DNA of 29,868 nt from a virus (IMGVR_UViG_3300027772_002567:1-29868), one strand, 5' to 3'; positions 1 through 8,869 are shown, numbered from the stretch's first letter. Program-made: numbers and translations. The notes: a model not told the origin generated them from the letters alone.

Positions 1-95
1 ATGTCACCTGATGTCACCTGATGTCACCTGATGTCACCTGATGTCACCTGATGTCACCTAGCGTCACCTGATGTCACCTAGCGTCACCTGATGTC
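1..95. repeat. Tandem 10-bp repeat ATGTCACCTG (~9.5 copies, runs off window start)
   Basis: Direct reading; variants ATGTCACCTA and GCGTCACCTG in the last copies. Confidence 0.97.
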
Positions 96-146
96 TAGTG
101 ACACAAATACCCCCAAATAATAAATATAAATAATTTCTAAATAAAC

Positions 147-175
147 TTGCCTTTATCCCAAATATGCCCTATAGT
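147..175 (+). promoter_or_regulatory. Sigma70/SigA-like promoter, cassette 1
   Basis: TTGCCT-17 bp-TATAGT, AT-rich upstream, TATGCCC just before -10 as in the next two promoters. Confidence 0.75.
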
Positions 176-217
176 TCTGTTTGTAGGGAATTGGCCCTAC
201 TGAAACAAGGGAAAAAA

Positions 218-397
218 ATGAAAACACTAATCGGAATGAATGAAAAAGAAATTGGGAAATTGGCGATGGATACCTTTATTAGTCTAAAAAGGTTCGGTAG
301 CAACCCCGAAACGACTTACGCTCATTGCGTGGAAATGGCTATCCACCACCTATACCCACTCGTAAGTCACTTGCTCTACCCACAAGTAAGCAAGTAA
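218..397 (+). CDS. Small hypothetical protein (59 aa)
   Basis: ACAAGGG RBS before ATG 218; lies between promoter and terminator. Confidence 0.7.
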   Translation: MKTLIGMNEKEIGKLAMDTFISLKRFGSNPETTYAHCVEMAIHHLYPLVSHLLYPQVSK

Positions 398-416
398 TCC
401 AGTAGCCCCCCCCACT

Positions 417-457
417 AAGAGCACCTAGCGCCCCTTGCTAGGTGCTCTTTTTTATTT
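417..457 (+). terminator. Intrinsic terminator
   Basis: AAGAGCACCTAGC/GCTAGGTGCTCTT stem followed by T run. Confidence 0.85.
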
Positions 458-459
458 AC

Positions 460-569
460 CCTACGCCCTGCGCCCTACGCCTTGCGCCCTGCGCCCTACG
501 CCCTGCGCCCTACGCCTTGCGCCCTGCGCCCTACGCCCTACGCCTTGCGCCCTGCGCCCTACGCCTTGC
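460..569. repeat. Tandem 7-bp repeat CYTRCGC (~15 copies)
   Basis: Mixed CCTACGC, CCTGCGC, CTTGCGC units. Confidence 0.95.
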
Positions 570-630
570 TTGGTGCTACGGGCTACCTAAATAGACCGAA
601 ATAATAAATATAAATAATTTGGAATAAAGG

Positions 631-659
631 TTGACAATATCCCACCTATGCCCTATGAT
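631..659 (+). promoter_or_regulatory. Sigma70/SigA-like promoter, cassette 2
   Basis: TTGACA-17 bp-TATGAT with AT-rich UP-like region. Confidence 0.85.
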
Positions 660-702
660 TATATTTGTGAGGCACAAGCCCCACCAGACAAGGAGAATAG
701 AT

Positions 703-903
703 ATGAATTACAAAATGTCAGAGACAAAAGTAAGAGTAAAGGGATTACCTGTGGCAGTTTATACCTGTGGTACTGAAGTCCATATTTGGATATCAAGTCC
801 GACAGGTGACAGTTCAGATAGTTTCCAATACTCAATCCCTTGCCTAAGTGAGACACAAGCCGAGCAAGTAGCGACAGAGTGGAATAACCTGCTTAGCAAG
901 TAA
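703..903 (+). CDS. Small hypothetical protein (66 aa)
   Basis: AAGGAG RBS before ATG 703. Confidence 0.75.
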   Translation: MNYKMSETKVRVKGLPVAVYTCGTEVHIWISSPTGDSSDSFQYSIPCLSETQAEQVATEWNNLLSK

Positions 904-920
904 TCAAGTAGTTCGGTAGT

Positions 921-960
921 AATAACCACCTAGCACCCCTCGCTAGGTGGTTATTTTTTT
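921..960 (+). terminator. Intrinsic terminator
   Basis: AATAACCACCTAGC/GCTAGGTGGTTATT stem plus T run; same core as terminator at 417. Confidence 0.85.
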
Positions 961-1017
961 GTCTCGTATGCCTTGTTTCGTGCTACGGGCTACCTATCCA
1001 CGATTGACAGACAATGC

Positions 1018-1046
1018 TTGACATTGTGCCAACTATGCCCTAAGGT
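1018..1046 (+). promoter_or_regulatory. Sigma70/SigA-like promoter, cassette 3
   Basis: TTGACA-17 bp-TAAGGT. Confidence 0.75.
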
Positions 1047-1078
1047 GATATCACAAGCAACCAACAAGGAGATACACA

Positions 1079-1321
1079 ATGAGAAGGAAACTAGCAATAG
1101 CAATAGCGATAGTGATAGGGGTAAGTTTCTATTCGTTCTCCAACGAGAGTGGATACACTTGCTCTAGTAGCCCTGTATTGGTATCACAAGGTGACACGAT
1201 TACAAGTATCGTACACGCTCATTGTGAAGGCAATACACGACAAGCCATAGACGATACCTATGAGATATACGGCAGTCTCATTATCCCAAGTCAGCAGATA
1301 TACCTACCAAGTAGCAAGTAG
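1079..1321 (+). CDS. Membrane-anchored LysM-like domain protein
   Basis: N-terminal hydrophobic helix, then VLVSQGDTITSI...IIPSQQIYLP resembling LysM; AAGGAG RBS. Confidence 0.7.
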   Translation: MRRKLAIAIAIVIGVSFYSFSNESGYTCSSSPVLVSQGDTITSIVHAHCEGNTRQAIDDTYEIYGSLIIPSQQIYLPSSK

Positions 1322-1330
1322 TGGTAGGTG

Positions 1331-1358
1331 GAGAGAGTGTCATAGGTGGCACTCTCTC
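1331..1358 (+). terminator. Hairpin after cassette 3, possible terminator
   Basis: GAGAGAGTGTCA/TGGCACTCTCTC stem; no T tract. Confidence 0.4.
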
Positions 1359-1562
1359 TAAACTGCTTACGGGTGAGAGATTCGATACTACTGAGTGTTG
1401 TGGCAGTAGTGAAATCTTGACGGCAGGCGTACCACCCCGAACGCCTGCCGTCGCTTAGTTGTCACTGTGAAGCGCCACACGAAGCATCAGCAAGGAGAAA
1501 GGAAATGAAAACCTTGCCAATAAGGTTAGATTAGCAAAGAGATGTAGTTTGTCGTGGAAGTG

Positions 1563-2204
1563 CTAGACAAAGAACCTAGTAGAGAAGCCGTTAGCAAGTA
1601 GTCCGAATACGAGAGCCTTATAGTAGTCATCTGAGGCAAGCCACATAACCTCATCATCAGGTTGGCTGTATGGAAGTTTCAGTGCTGTATGAAAGAGCAG
1701 TGGATACATACTCTCCTCGTTGCGAACCATCATTCGACCAGGTACAAAGACCTCCTCATGCCAGATGACCTTTCTTGGAACATCGTAGGAGTATCCCTTA
1801 CTGACAAATGAGACTTCATCATTTGCCACATGGGTGACTGTTAGACACTCGTTTACTGCCCTGTTGCCTATAGCGAACTCTTTAGCAAGGTTCTTGTCAT
1901 AGGTGTCTATTGGATTAGAACTGACATAGCCTTCAGCGACCATTGAGATAGCATCTAGCCCCCAACCCAGTCTAAGTATGGCTACTGCTGATGAGACAGC
2001 CATAAAGCGCTCATATGGCGTCTGACGCTGTACTACATCGGTCATCTGTGAAACAACGCTTAGAGAGCCTCCACACCAGCCATATAGGACCTGATTTATG
2101 TCCTCACCTATGCCACCTTCGGCTACCATCTCGTTTTTAGCCTCTACAGCGGTTGCTAATACCATGGCCAATTTCATCATTCTACTGTCGTAGTTGTTAT
2201 CCAC
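1563..2204 (-). CDS. Hypothetical phage protein (213 aa)
   Basis: Long ORF with protein-like composition. Confidence 0.8.
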   Translation of the reverse strand: MDNNYDSRMMKLAMVLATAVEAKNEMVAEGGIGEDINQVLYGWCGGSLSVVSQMTDVVQRQTPYERFMAVSSAVAILRLGWGLDAISMVAEGYVSSNPIDTYDKNLAKEFAIGNRAVNECLTVTHVANDEVSFVSKGYSYDVPRKVIWHEEVFVPGRMMVRNEESMYPLLFHTALKLPYSQPDDEVMWLASDDYYKALVFGLLANGFSTRFFV

Positions 2205-2283
2205 AAACCAATGCTAGAGCTTGAAAGCCGGCACGGGTGGCACTTCCCCTACAGAGCGATATCACTTGACTAGTATTTGTTTC

Positions 2284-2517
2284 ATGACACAGAAAAAGAA
2301 AACACAAAACAAGAAGCCAGCAACTGCAAAGAAGACTGCTCCAAAGAAGGCCGCTCCAAAGAAGAAGCCAGTTCAAGAGAAGCTTGCAGAAATCCCAAAG
2401 CCAACACAGCAAGATGTAAAAGAATTTCAGGTTGTTGTTGAAGAGCTCAAGGATGTTCGAGATGCAATTGTAAAGACTTCGTTCTTTGGCAAACTCACAA
2501 AGTGGTTTAGAAGCTAA
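2284..2517 (+). CDS. Lys/Ala-rich (histone H1-like low complexity) small protein, probably leaderless
   Basis: KKPATAKKTAPKKAAPKKK; -10 TAGTAT 7 nt before ATG 2284. Confidence 0.7.
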   Translation: MTQKKKTQNKKPATAKKTAPKKAAPKKKPVQEKLAEIPKPTQQDVKEFQVVVEELKDVRDAIVKTSFFGKLTKWFRS

Positions 2518-2804
2518 CTTGCGTTAGCCATTTCGTGTACTCCCAGAAAGGGAGCTACACGCATACCAAAAGACGAGAGACGCCACTTAGTTATTCCTGC
2601 TTTGTCTATTTGCTCAAACAGCCCACGGGATGTTAATTCAATTAGCAATGTTGCCAACTCATTCACATCATCAAACATGACAGAGTTGTGCATCAGCACA
2701 TCATCAATAGAGAACGCACTCATACGTCGTTGTTTGAAAATCAATCCACAATAGACGCACATGCGCATCTTCTTGTTCTTGTAAATGTCATCTGCAGCAT
2801 TCAT
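2514..2804 (-). CDS. Hypothetical protein, possible winged-helix
   Basis: ELTSRGLFE...KWRLSSFG resembles a wHTH wing; start chosen just after upstream stop. Confidence 0.55.
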   Translation of the reverse strand: MNAADDIYKNKKMRMCVYCGLIFKQRRMSAFSIDDVLMHNSVMFDDVNELATLLIELTSRGLFEQIDKAGITKWRLSSFGMRVAPFLGVHEMANAS

Positions 2805-2808
2805 TTCA

Positions 2809-3198
2809 TTAATCCAACGAGTCATAATCCCATTCATCCTTCTTGACTCCGGCACGATACTTCAGTTCGTTTGCCCTCATGTTGGAAGCTTTTGCTTCAA
2901 TATGTTTCCTCCGGTATGTCTCACCAATAGCGACCAGTGCATACTTACCCCAATCGGTGATTTTGTATAAACAGATTGCATCGACTATGCGACTTTCAAT
3001 AAACTCATTTTTTTCCAATGTCTTCATCGTCCTGTCTAGGTCAATAAACCGCTCACGACGATTCAATTGAAAACGACGATAATCGTCACGGGTGAACCAC
3101 CCATTATCCATGCCAGATTTCATTTTTGCATAGCAAAGAACTACATACGCCTTACTACTATGCTTCATGACATTATTTGGGTTTTTGTTTTTGTTCAT
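2809..3198 (-). CDS. Hypothetical protein, possible winged-helix
   Basis: TLEKNEFIE...LYKITDWG wHTH-like pattern. Confidence 0.65.
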   Translation of the reverse strand: MNKNKNPNNVMKHSSKAYVVLCYAKMKSGMDNGWFTRDDYRRFQLNRRERFIDLDRTMKTLEKNEFIESRIVDAICLYKITDWGKYALVAIGETYRRKHIEAKASNMRANELKYRAGVKKDEWDYDSLD

Positions 3199-3200
3199 AG

Positions 3201-3277
3201 TGCCCTCGGTTGGATTTGAACCAACGTGTCACCAACTACGGTTTCTACACCTTATAAGAGTGGGCCGATACGAGGGC
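3201..3277 (-). tRNA. Atypical tRNA-Ile(UAU)-like gene lacking a canonical D-arm
   Basis: Acceptor GCCCTCG/CGAGGGC, T-arm GTTGG-TTCAAAT-CCAAC, anticodon arm CACT-CTTATAA-GGTG; no encoded CCA. Confidence 0.75.
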
Positions 3278-3334
3278 TAAATGAGTAGCCACCCGTAACA
3301 TCGTTCCCACTAATGCCAGATGACTACTCAATCC

Positions 3335-3568
3335 TTAGTTGCTTATCTTGTTCTTGGAATTCTTCAATGAATTAAGCTCAACAGAGAACAGCTTGACGAA
3401 TTCATCTGCGTAACGGTGCTGAAGCACCAAGGCTGCTCGACGACGTGCCTCTTGTCGCAAGCGATTCTGCTGTTTCTGAATTTGGATTCGACCCTGCTTC
3501 TCCTCTAATGACAATGGCTTTCGGCCACGCTTCACTGTTCCCTGAACGACATTCTCATATTCACTCAT
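3335..3568 (-). CDS. Small basic helical protein
   Basis: KRGRKP motif then coiled-coil-like segment; AGAGGG RBS. Confidence 0.75.
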   Translation of the reverse strand: MSEYENVVQGTVKRGRKPLSLEEKQGRIQIQKQQNRLRQEARRRAALVLQHRYADEFVKLFSVELNSLKNSKNKISN

Positions 3569-3603
3569 GATTTTTCCCTCTTTCGGATGTTTCTTGTCCC
3601 ATC

Positions 3604-3674
3604 AATATAAATGCTCACGGGTAATAAATCAACCCCAAAACAATGTTGACAAAATAAAATCTGACCTGTACAGT
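3604..3674. promoter_or_regulatory. Divergent promoter pair
   Basis: Plus: TTGACA(3646)-17-TACAGT; minus: TTGATT(3632)-17-TATATT. Confidence 0.7.
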
Positions 3675-3717
3675 TCCATCAACCCAATAAAACAGAGCTA
3701 CATAGAAAAGGAAACAT

Positions 3718-3969
3718 ATGGCATCAAGGACCCATGGCAATAAAGTAGTGAAAGAGCTGTTCAGGCAACTGGCAGCACTCGGCTTTGTGATTGAACACAA
3801 AGGAAGCACTGGATACAAAATCACACCACCACCGAGTATCCATGGACCCGTGTACTACACGCATGGAACACCACAAGCAGTAAAGCCAATCCTCAATCAG
3901 TTCCGTAAAATTTATGGAGTATCACTCCATGACCCAGCAAAACCACCAAAGAGCAAGGTGAAACAATGA
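3718..3969 (+). CDS. HicA-like small protein
   Basis: KELFRQLAALGFVIEHKGSTGYKI...THGTP pattern of HicA-fold phage proteins. Confidence 0.55.
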   Translation: MASRTHGNKVVKELFRQLAALGFVIEHKGSTGYKITPPPSIHGPVYYTHGTPQAVKPILNQFRKIYGVSLHDPAKPPKSKVKQ

Positions 3970-4430
3970 GCAATGCAGACATTCCATCAAAGAAATTCAA
4001 CTTCTCAAACGATTTGGCCTACGGGCATAAGGGTGAGTCTGTGATTGAGGACTTTCTCAAATCTCTTGAGCAAGGCGACTTTGAAGTTAAGACAGACAGG
4101 TTCAGGAATGGCAATATGGCAGTTGAGCTATACCAGAACCCACGAAGGCAGCTAGACCAAGACCAGAACCAGGTTTGGGTTCCAAGCGGACTGAATATCA
4201 CAACAGCAAAATGGTGGGTCTATCAGTTCACTCTTGGTGAATCGTTCATTGTTGTATCGGTTGAACGTCTTCGCAGGTTCATCAACCTGAATGCCCATGA
4301 CTTCAATGAAAACACATTCACGCCATTTGCACCCAAAAGCGATAATCCGGCTATGGGCTTCATATTGAAGCCACATCACATAATCGAAATGATGATTAGT
4401 CCAAAGTACGACGAATTGCCCGGGGGATGA
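3966..4430 (+). CDS. Putative PD-(D/E)XK-like nuclease
   Basis: DLAYGHKGE...FEVKTD...GNMAVE...SGLNITTAKWW. Confidence 0.6.
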   Translation: MSNADIPSKKFNFSNDLAYGHKGESVIEDFLKSLEQGDFEVKTDRFRNGNMAVELYQNPRRQLDQDQNQVWVPSGLNITTAKWWVYQFTLGESFIVVSVERLRRFINLNAHDFNENTFTPFAPKSDNPAMGFILKPHHIIEMMISPKYDELPGG

Positions 4431-4431
4431 C

Positions 4432-4854
4432 ATGTCAGTAGTTGATACCAAGCAATACGACAATCATGCTTGCGATGAATGCCATCAACCAATCATGTTG
4501 TTTATGCCAGAGAACTACATAGAAGAGGGATACAAGCAAATCATCAATGGAATGTGCTTTGATGCCGGCGGAGCCTATTCGGAGTTCAATGACACATCTC
4601 AGTCCTGGTTAGTACCAACATGGGTTGACGGGTATATCTCCCTGTGTCATGACTGCACTGCTCGTTTATGGTCAGTGCTACCTATGGCCATGGCCAAGTT
4701 TGGAAAGCCGCTACATTTTTCAACTGACCCCGAGAGCGCAATGCCTTGCTGTAAATGGGGATGGACTTGGCGTATGGTTGATGGAGTTAAGAAGCTGTTT
4801 CACGCAGGGATAGATGGACTTGAGTGGGAACAGGTAGAAGATGTAGAGGAATAA
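4432..4854 (+). CDS. Cys-rich hypothetical protein
   Basis: CDEC and CHDC pairs; tight operon packing. Confidence 0.75.
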   Translation: MSVVDTKQYDNHACDECHQPIMLFMPENYIEEGYKQIINGMCFDAGGAYSEFNDTSQSWLVPTWVDGYISLCHDCTARLWSVLPMAMAKFGKPLHFSTDPESAMPCCKWGWTWRMVDGVKKLFHAGIDGLEWEQVEDVEE

Positions 4855-4856
4855 AA

Positions 4857-5630
4857 ATGAGTGAAGCTGTTTCGATATACAAAAATGTCATTACGGGCTC
4901 AATACCGCCTACTCCGATATCACTCGATGTTGATGCTGAGCTTTTTACTGATTGCGACGAGATGTTTCTTAGCTTCGCCGACTCAATTGGTCAGCCAATT
5001 GGTTATCAACAAGAACAAAAAGGTTCTCTCGTCCAGAACATATTCCCAATACAGAAAACCGAGACAATGCAAATATCAAGCAGTTCAAAGGTTGAGCTTG
5101 GTTTGCATACAGAAACTGCATTTCATCCATACAAGCCAGACATCGTTGCTCTGCTATGTGTTCGTGGAGACCCTACGGGCATAACAACTATCGCCGAAGT
5201 AAAAGATGTAGTTTCTAAGCTAGATAGTTACTTGATTGACGAGCTATGCAAACCGAACTTCACCACATCATTGGACCCAAGCTTTATGCTTGAAGGACAA
5301 CAGGATGCCACTATACCCATATCTGTTTTGCGCAATCGCAATGATGAGTGGCACCTCACATACGACGAAACTCTCGTGATAGGCAAAACGAAGGAAGCAA
5401 ATCACGCATTGCTTCATCTCAAGGCAGCTATACGAGATTCAATCGTTGATTACATACTTGACACGGGTGACCTAATGCTCATAAACAACAACATGGCCGT
5501 ACATGGCAGGAAACCTTTTGTTGCTAGGTATGACGGAACCGATAGATGGCTTAAGCGCGTTCTCATAAGAACCAGTAGTACTCCTTCAAATCAAATTGAA
5601 GGCAATGTCATTACAACTAAATTCTATTAG
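4857..5630 (+). CDS. Fe(II)/2-oxoglutarate dioxygenase, TauD/clavaminate synthase-like
   Basis: LGLHTETAFH (HxE), PDIVALLCVR, GDLMLINNNMAVHGR, DRWLKR. Confidence 0.9.
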   Translation: MSEAVSIYKNVITGSIPPTPISLDVDAELFTDCDEMFLSFADSIGQPIGYQQEQKGSLVQNIFPIQKTETMQISSSSKVELGLHTETAFHPYKPDIVALLCVRGDPTGITTIAEVKDVVSKLDSYLIDELCKPNFTTSLDPSFMLEGQQDATIPISVLRNRNDEWHLTYDETLVIGKTKEANHALLHLKAAIRDSIVDYILDTGDLMLINNNMAVHGRKPFVARYDGTDRWLKRVLIRTSSTPSNQIEGNVITTKFY

Positions 5631-6178
5631 TCAGTAAATCTCTTACCGCACTTCATGCACTTCTGCATCCACGGGTAAACTTTTCTATCTTGAGGTAAAT
5701 GTTGGCATCCAGTGGTACCTGCAGCTTTGTTGCATACATCCCTAACAAACTCAGCCAAGGAAACTCCAAGCTCTGCTGCTGCCGACTTCCATCTTTCGTG
5801 GTCTTCGTCTGTAGCTCTAATCAAGACCTGCTTGTTCGCCGGGAGACCGGGTTTTGAACCGGTATTCGCCTTACGGGTTAGCTCTGTAACATCCATGACA
5901 TCATCAACAGCTGCCTGAATGTTGTCTTGAACCTCTTCGACACTGTCTTTGGCTGATTTATCTTTGTTCATAGACAATAAAACTACATCACGAACGCCTG
6001 ATTCTGGCAGTTCTTTATTTTTATTTATAGCCTTGAACTTATTACTTATACCCAGAAGACCTTTGTTTATTAATACTTCCAAATCTGTCGCTTTTGCTTT
6101 TGGGGTTCTATGTTTTCCCTCCGTCGATAACGGCTTCCTCGCTGCCCCCTCCATCGGATTCAACTTCTTCAACATCAA
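5627..6178 (-). CDS. Protein with C-terminal ribbon-helix-helix-like and Cys/His motif
   Basis: KQVLIRATDEDHERWKSAAAELGVSLAEFVR then CQH...CMKC; start uncertain. Confidence 0.65.
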   Translation of the reverse strand: MMLKKLNPMEGAARKPLSTEGKHRTPKAKATDLEVLINKGLLGISNKFKAINKNKELPESGVRDVVLLSMNKDKSAKDSVEEVQDNIQAAVDDVMDVTELTRKANTGSKPGLPANKQVLIRATDEDHERWKSAAAELGVSLAEFVRDVCNKAAGTTGCQHLPQDRKVYPWMQKCMKCGKRFTD

Positions 6179-6761
6179 CTACCTCACCATCTTCTATCTC
6201 TGATTCACCAAGTATTGAATTAATTACGTCTGATGGAAGAACACCGCTTCTTCCCATTATCTCCAAAAGCTTACGGGCTTCTGATTCTGGAGAGAACTGA
6301 CTAATCGAACTGACATCTATTGCGCCGGAAAGGGTTGACCTAACATTGACCTGCGAATTGACATCCATCTGTATGTTTAGATTTGTCTGCTCCATACCGA
6401 GCAACTTTGAACGCCTATCCATTATAGACAGAACTTGTTGAATGGCTTTCAGGTCGGGCTCTGCTGTTACCTCAGTGCCATCATCCATTTCTAACTTTCT
6501 ATGCTGAGTCATGGGCCATATTGCCGACTGAAGAGAGTCAAGTCTCTCTAGCTCCATTCTTAAAAGCTCTGGATAAGCAAAGAGTGCTTCTGAGTTGAGC
6601 TTTTCAAGCTGTCTTCTAATCGCAGTTCCTACAGCTCTGCTTGACATACCAAACCTACGGGCTATCTCACCATGGGTTACGCCGGCTTGTCTTAGCTTGA
6701 ATATGCGCAAGTCCCTTTCAACAAGGAACTCTCTAGTTAAACCGCCTTCGCCTTTGGACAC
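6108..6761 (-). CDS. HTH DNA-binding protein (terminase small subunit-like)
   Basis: KLRQAGVTHGEIARRFG HTH; ELERLD and IMDRRSKLLG motifs. Confidence 0.65.
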   Translation of the reverse strand: MSKGEGGLTREFLVERDLRIFKLRQAGVTHGEIARRFGMSSRAVGTAIRRQLEKLNSEALFAYPELLRMELERLDSLQSAIWPMTQHRKLEMDDGTEVTAEPDLKAIQQVLSIMDRRSKLLGMEQTNLNIQMDVNSQVNVRSTLSGAIDVSSISQFSPESEARKLLEIMGRSGVLPSDVINSILGESEIEDGEVVDVEEVESDGGGSEEAVIDGGKT

Positions 6762-8510
6762 TTAGCCAACTTTCATATATTCAAGAACTTCAAATGGGAA
6801 AATCTTCCCACGCCTCATTTTAGTAGGCCACGGGCGCTCATCGCGGCCACCCCTAAAGTGTCTCACATCGTAGACATATCCCTCCATTGAGGTTGGGTCT
6901 GGCTGTAACGAAATGCCGAACTCAGGCCAACGAGACCAGACTGCAGAGCCGAATGGGCGTAACTCACGGGTGGTGAGGCTTGAGCCAAGAGGGGCGTGGT
7001 GTTCAAGCCATAAAGCGCATCCGAACTGGTCACGAATGTAGTCAAGAAAACGAGCCACCTCTACTGCAACAGCTTCGCTTGTCCTATTCCCTGAATCAAT
7101 GAATGACTTATACAAAGGGCCAAGAACAAGTAGGTCTGGTTTGGTCTTCTCAACAGTCTCTTCAACCAGAAGCCTGTCAGAGACGCTAAGCAAGTCAATT
7201 CCAGCTGGCTTAATGAGAAGATGGGCCTCAACTTGTTGAACACGCTTGCCATTCATCAATTGCGTACGGGCTATTGAGGCATTCATGATGCTACGGGATG
7301 TCCGTCGAATGATTCGCTCTGGGTTCTCTAGGTCAATAGTCAGTGTCCTGATTGGTGGCATTGATTGATATGTGAAGGGGTTGACGCCAGCGGCAGAAAG
7401 TATCGCAACCTGCCTAGCAAGCATTGTCTTTCCAACACCCTCGGCTGCTACAACTATCACGCGCTCTTTGCGCTCCAAAAGTCCTGGAATAACCCAATCA
7501 AAATCGTCGTTGTCTGATTCGGAGATAAAGTTTTCCCAGTTAACCAAACGACCAGTATCGGTGCGCTCACTGATTGTCATTGATGTAAGAGCAATACTTG
7601 CCCTGTTCAACTTCTGGGAGTCGCTCAGGTTCTCTGAATCAAAAATATCGTTAATCTTTACAAGGATTGAATCCATCTGAGATGGTTCTTCTTGCTGTTC
7701 CTCTACGGGTGACTCCTCGTAATCGGAGAGGGGAATGAAATCATCAAAAGACTTACCGGCAGCAAAGTGGTCGTATGCATCTTTGCCTGAAGCCGAAAGC
7801 CATACACCTCCCGTACACCTCGCCTCATCCAGCTTTGAGCGAACAATCATGGCAAAGGACTTGCCGACATCATCGTTATCAGAAACAATTTCGACATGGG
7901 CTCCAGCTAGAGCTTTTGTAAAACTGTCTTCCCATTTGTTATTTCCTGCTCCCCCGGGTCCTGTGGTAGCGATTATTCCCAGCTCGATAAGAGCGTCAGC
8001 ATCTTTTTCGCCTTCAACAACCCAGATGGGCTCATTGTTTTTTACTCCCGTAATGACTGCGGGAAGATTGTAGAGAATCTTGTCTATTCCGGAGAGAGAG
8101 TAAATCCAATCTCCACTTTTTTCTGGGTTTGGCCGGCGCTGCAAGAAAGACTTGCTTCCATCTTCACGCAAAAACCGTTGCTTCTCGTATGCAAGGTTGC
8201 CATTTGAATCAATGTATTTGTAGGTCTTTACAAGACGTTGCTTTGGTTTGTTGTTCTTGTCAAATGTTGCAGACGGAGGGAAGAGGTCCTTCTGGGTTAT
8301 GCCAATAGCTTCGCATATCTCTGATGCACTACATGGCTTGCCCCTATGGCAATACACAACAACTTTTCCATTGTCATCCTTGACAGAAAGAGACGGGTTA
8401 CTGTCATCATTCCTGCACGGGCATCGAGCTTGCCACTGTCCATCACCACCACGAACCCCTTGAAGCTTGCTTAAGAAGTTTGAAACTGTAAGTGAGGCGG
8501 CGTAGGTCAT
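6762..8510 (-). CDS. DNA primase-helicase (Zn finger, TOPRIM, RepA/AAA_25-like ATPase)
   Basis: CPC..DD.NPSLS, VVEGEKDAD, SDNDDVG, Walker A AAEGVGKT. Confidence 0.9.
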   Translation of the reverse strand: MTYAASLTVSNFLSKLQGVRGGDGQWQARCPCRNDDSNPSLSVKDDNGKVVVYCHRGKPCSASEICEAIGITQKDLFPPSATFDKNNKPKQRLVKTYKYIDSNGNLAYEKQRFLREDGSKSFLQRRPNPEKSGDWIYSLSGIDKILYNLPAVITGVKNNEPIWVVEGEKDADALIELGIIATTGPGGAGNNKWEDSFTKALAGAHVEIVSDNDDVGKSFAMIVRSKLDEARCTGGVWLSASGKDAYDHFAAGKSFDDFIPLSDYEESPVEEQQEEPSQMDSILVKINDIFDSENLSDSQKLNRASIALTSMTISERTDTGRLVNWENFISESDNDDFDWVIPGLLERKERVIVVAAEGVGKTMLARQVAILSAAGVNPFTYQSMPPIRTLTIDLENPERIIRRTSRSIMNASIARTQLMNGKRVQQVEAHLLIKPAGIDLLSVSDRLLVEETVEKTKPDLLVLGPLYKSFIDSGNRTSEAVAVEVARFLDYIRDQFGCALWLEHHAPLGSSLTTRELRPFGSAVWSRWPEFGISLQPDPTSMEGYVYDVRHFRGGRDERPWPTKMRRGKIFPFEVLEYMKVG

Positions 8511-8869
8511 TATGTACTCATCAATTGTTGTAGTCGGACCGTCTCATCATATCGTCGTGTTTTTAAATTCATCTTTTGCCTAAGAAATTTTCGCTGACTC
8601 TCTGTCATTCCTCCCCATATCCCGAATGGCTCCCACTCCATTGCATATGTGAGACATTCCATTTGTATGGGGCATTTGGCACAAACGCTTTTTGCGTTGT
8701 TTATCTTTTCCAGCTCACATCTGCTTAATGGCGACTCAGGGAAAAACCAATCTGTTGGGTAAGAAATACAAGCTCCACCTTTTGGAAAATCTGGAGGACC
8801 TTCAAGATTCAATGTTTCGTATCTACCATTGAACTGTTGATTTTCTTTCCCACACATTGTCATGAACAT
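8510..8869 (-). CDS. whiB: WhiB-family transcription factor
   Basis: C...FFP...AKSVCAKCPIQMECL...GIWGG. Confidence 0.93.
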   Translation of the reverse strand: MFMTMCGKENQQFNGRYETLNLEGPPDFPKGGACISYPTDWFFPESPLSRCELEKINNAKSVCAKCPIQMECLTYAMEWEPFGIWGGMTESQRKFLRQKMNLKTRRYDETVRLQQLMST

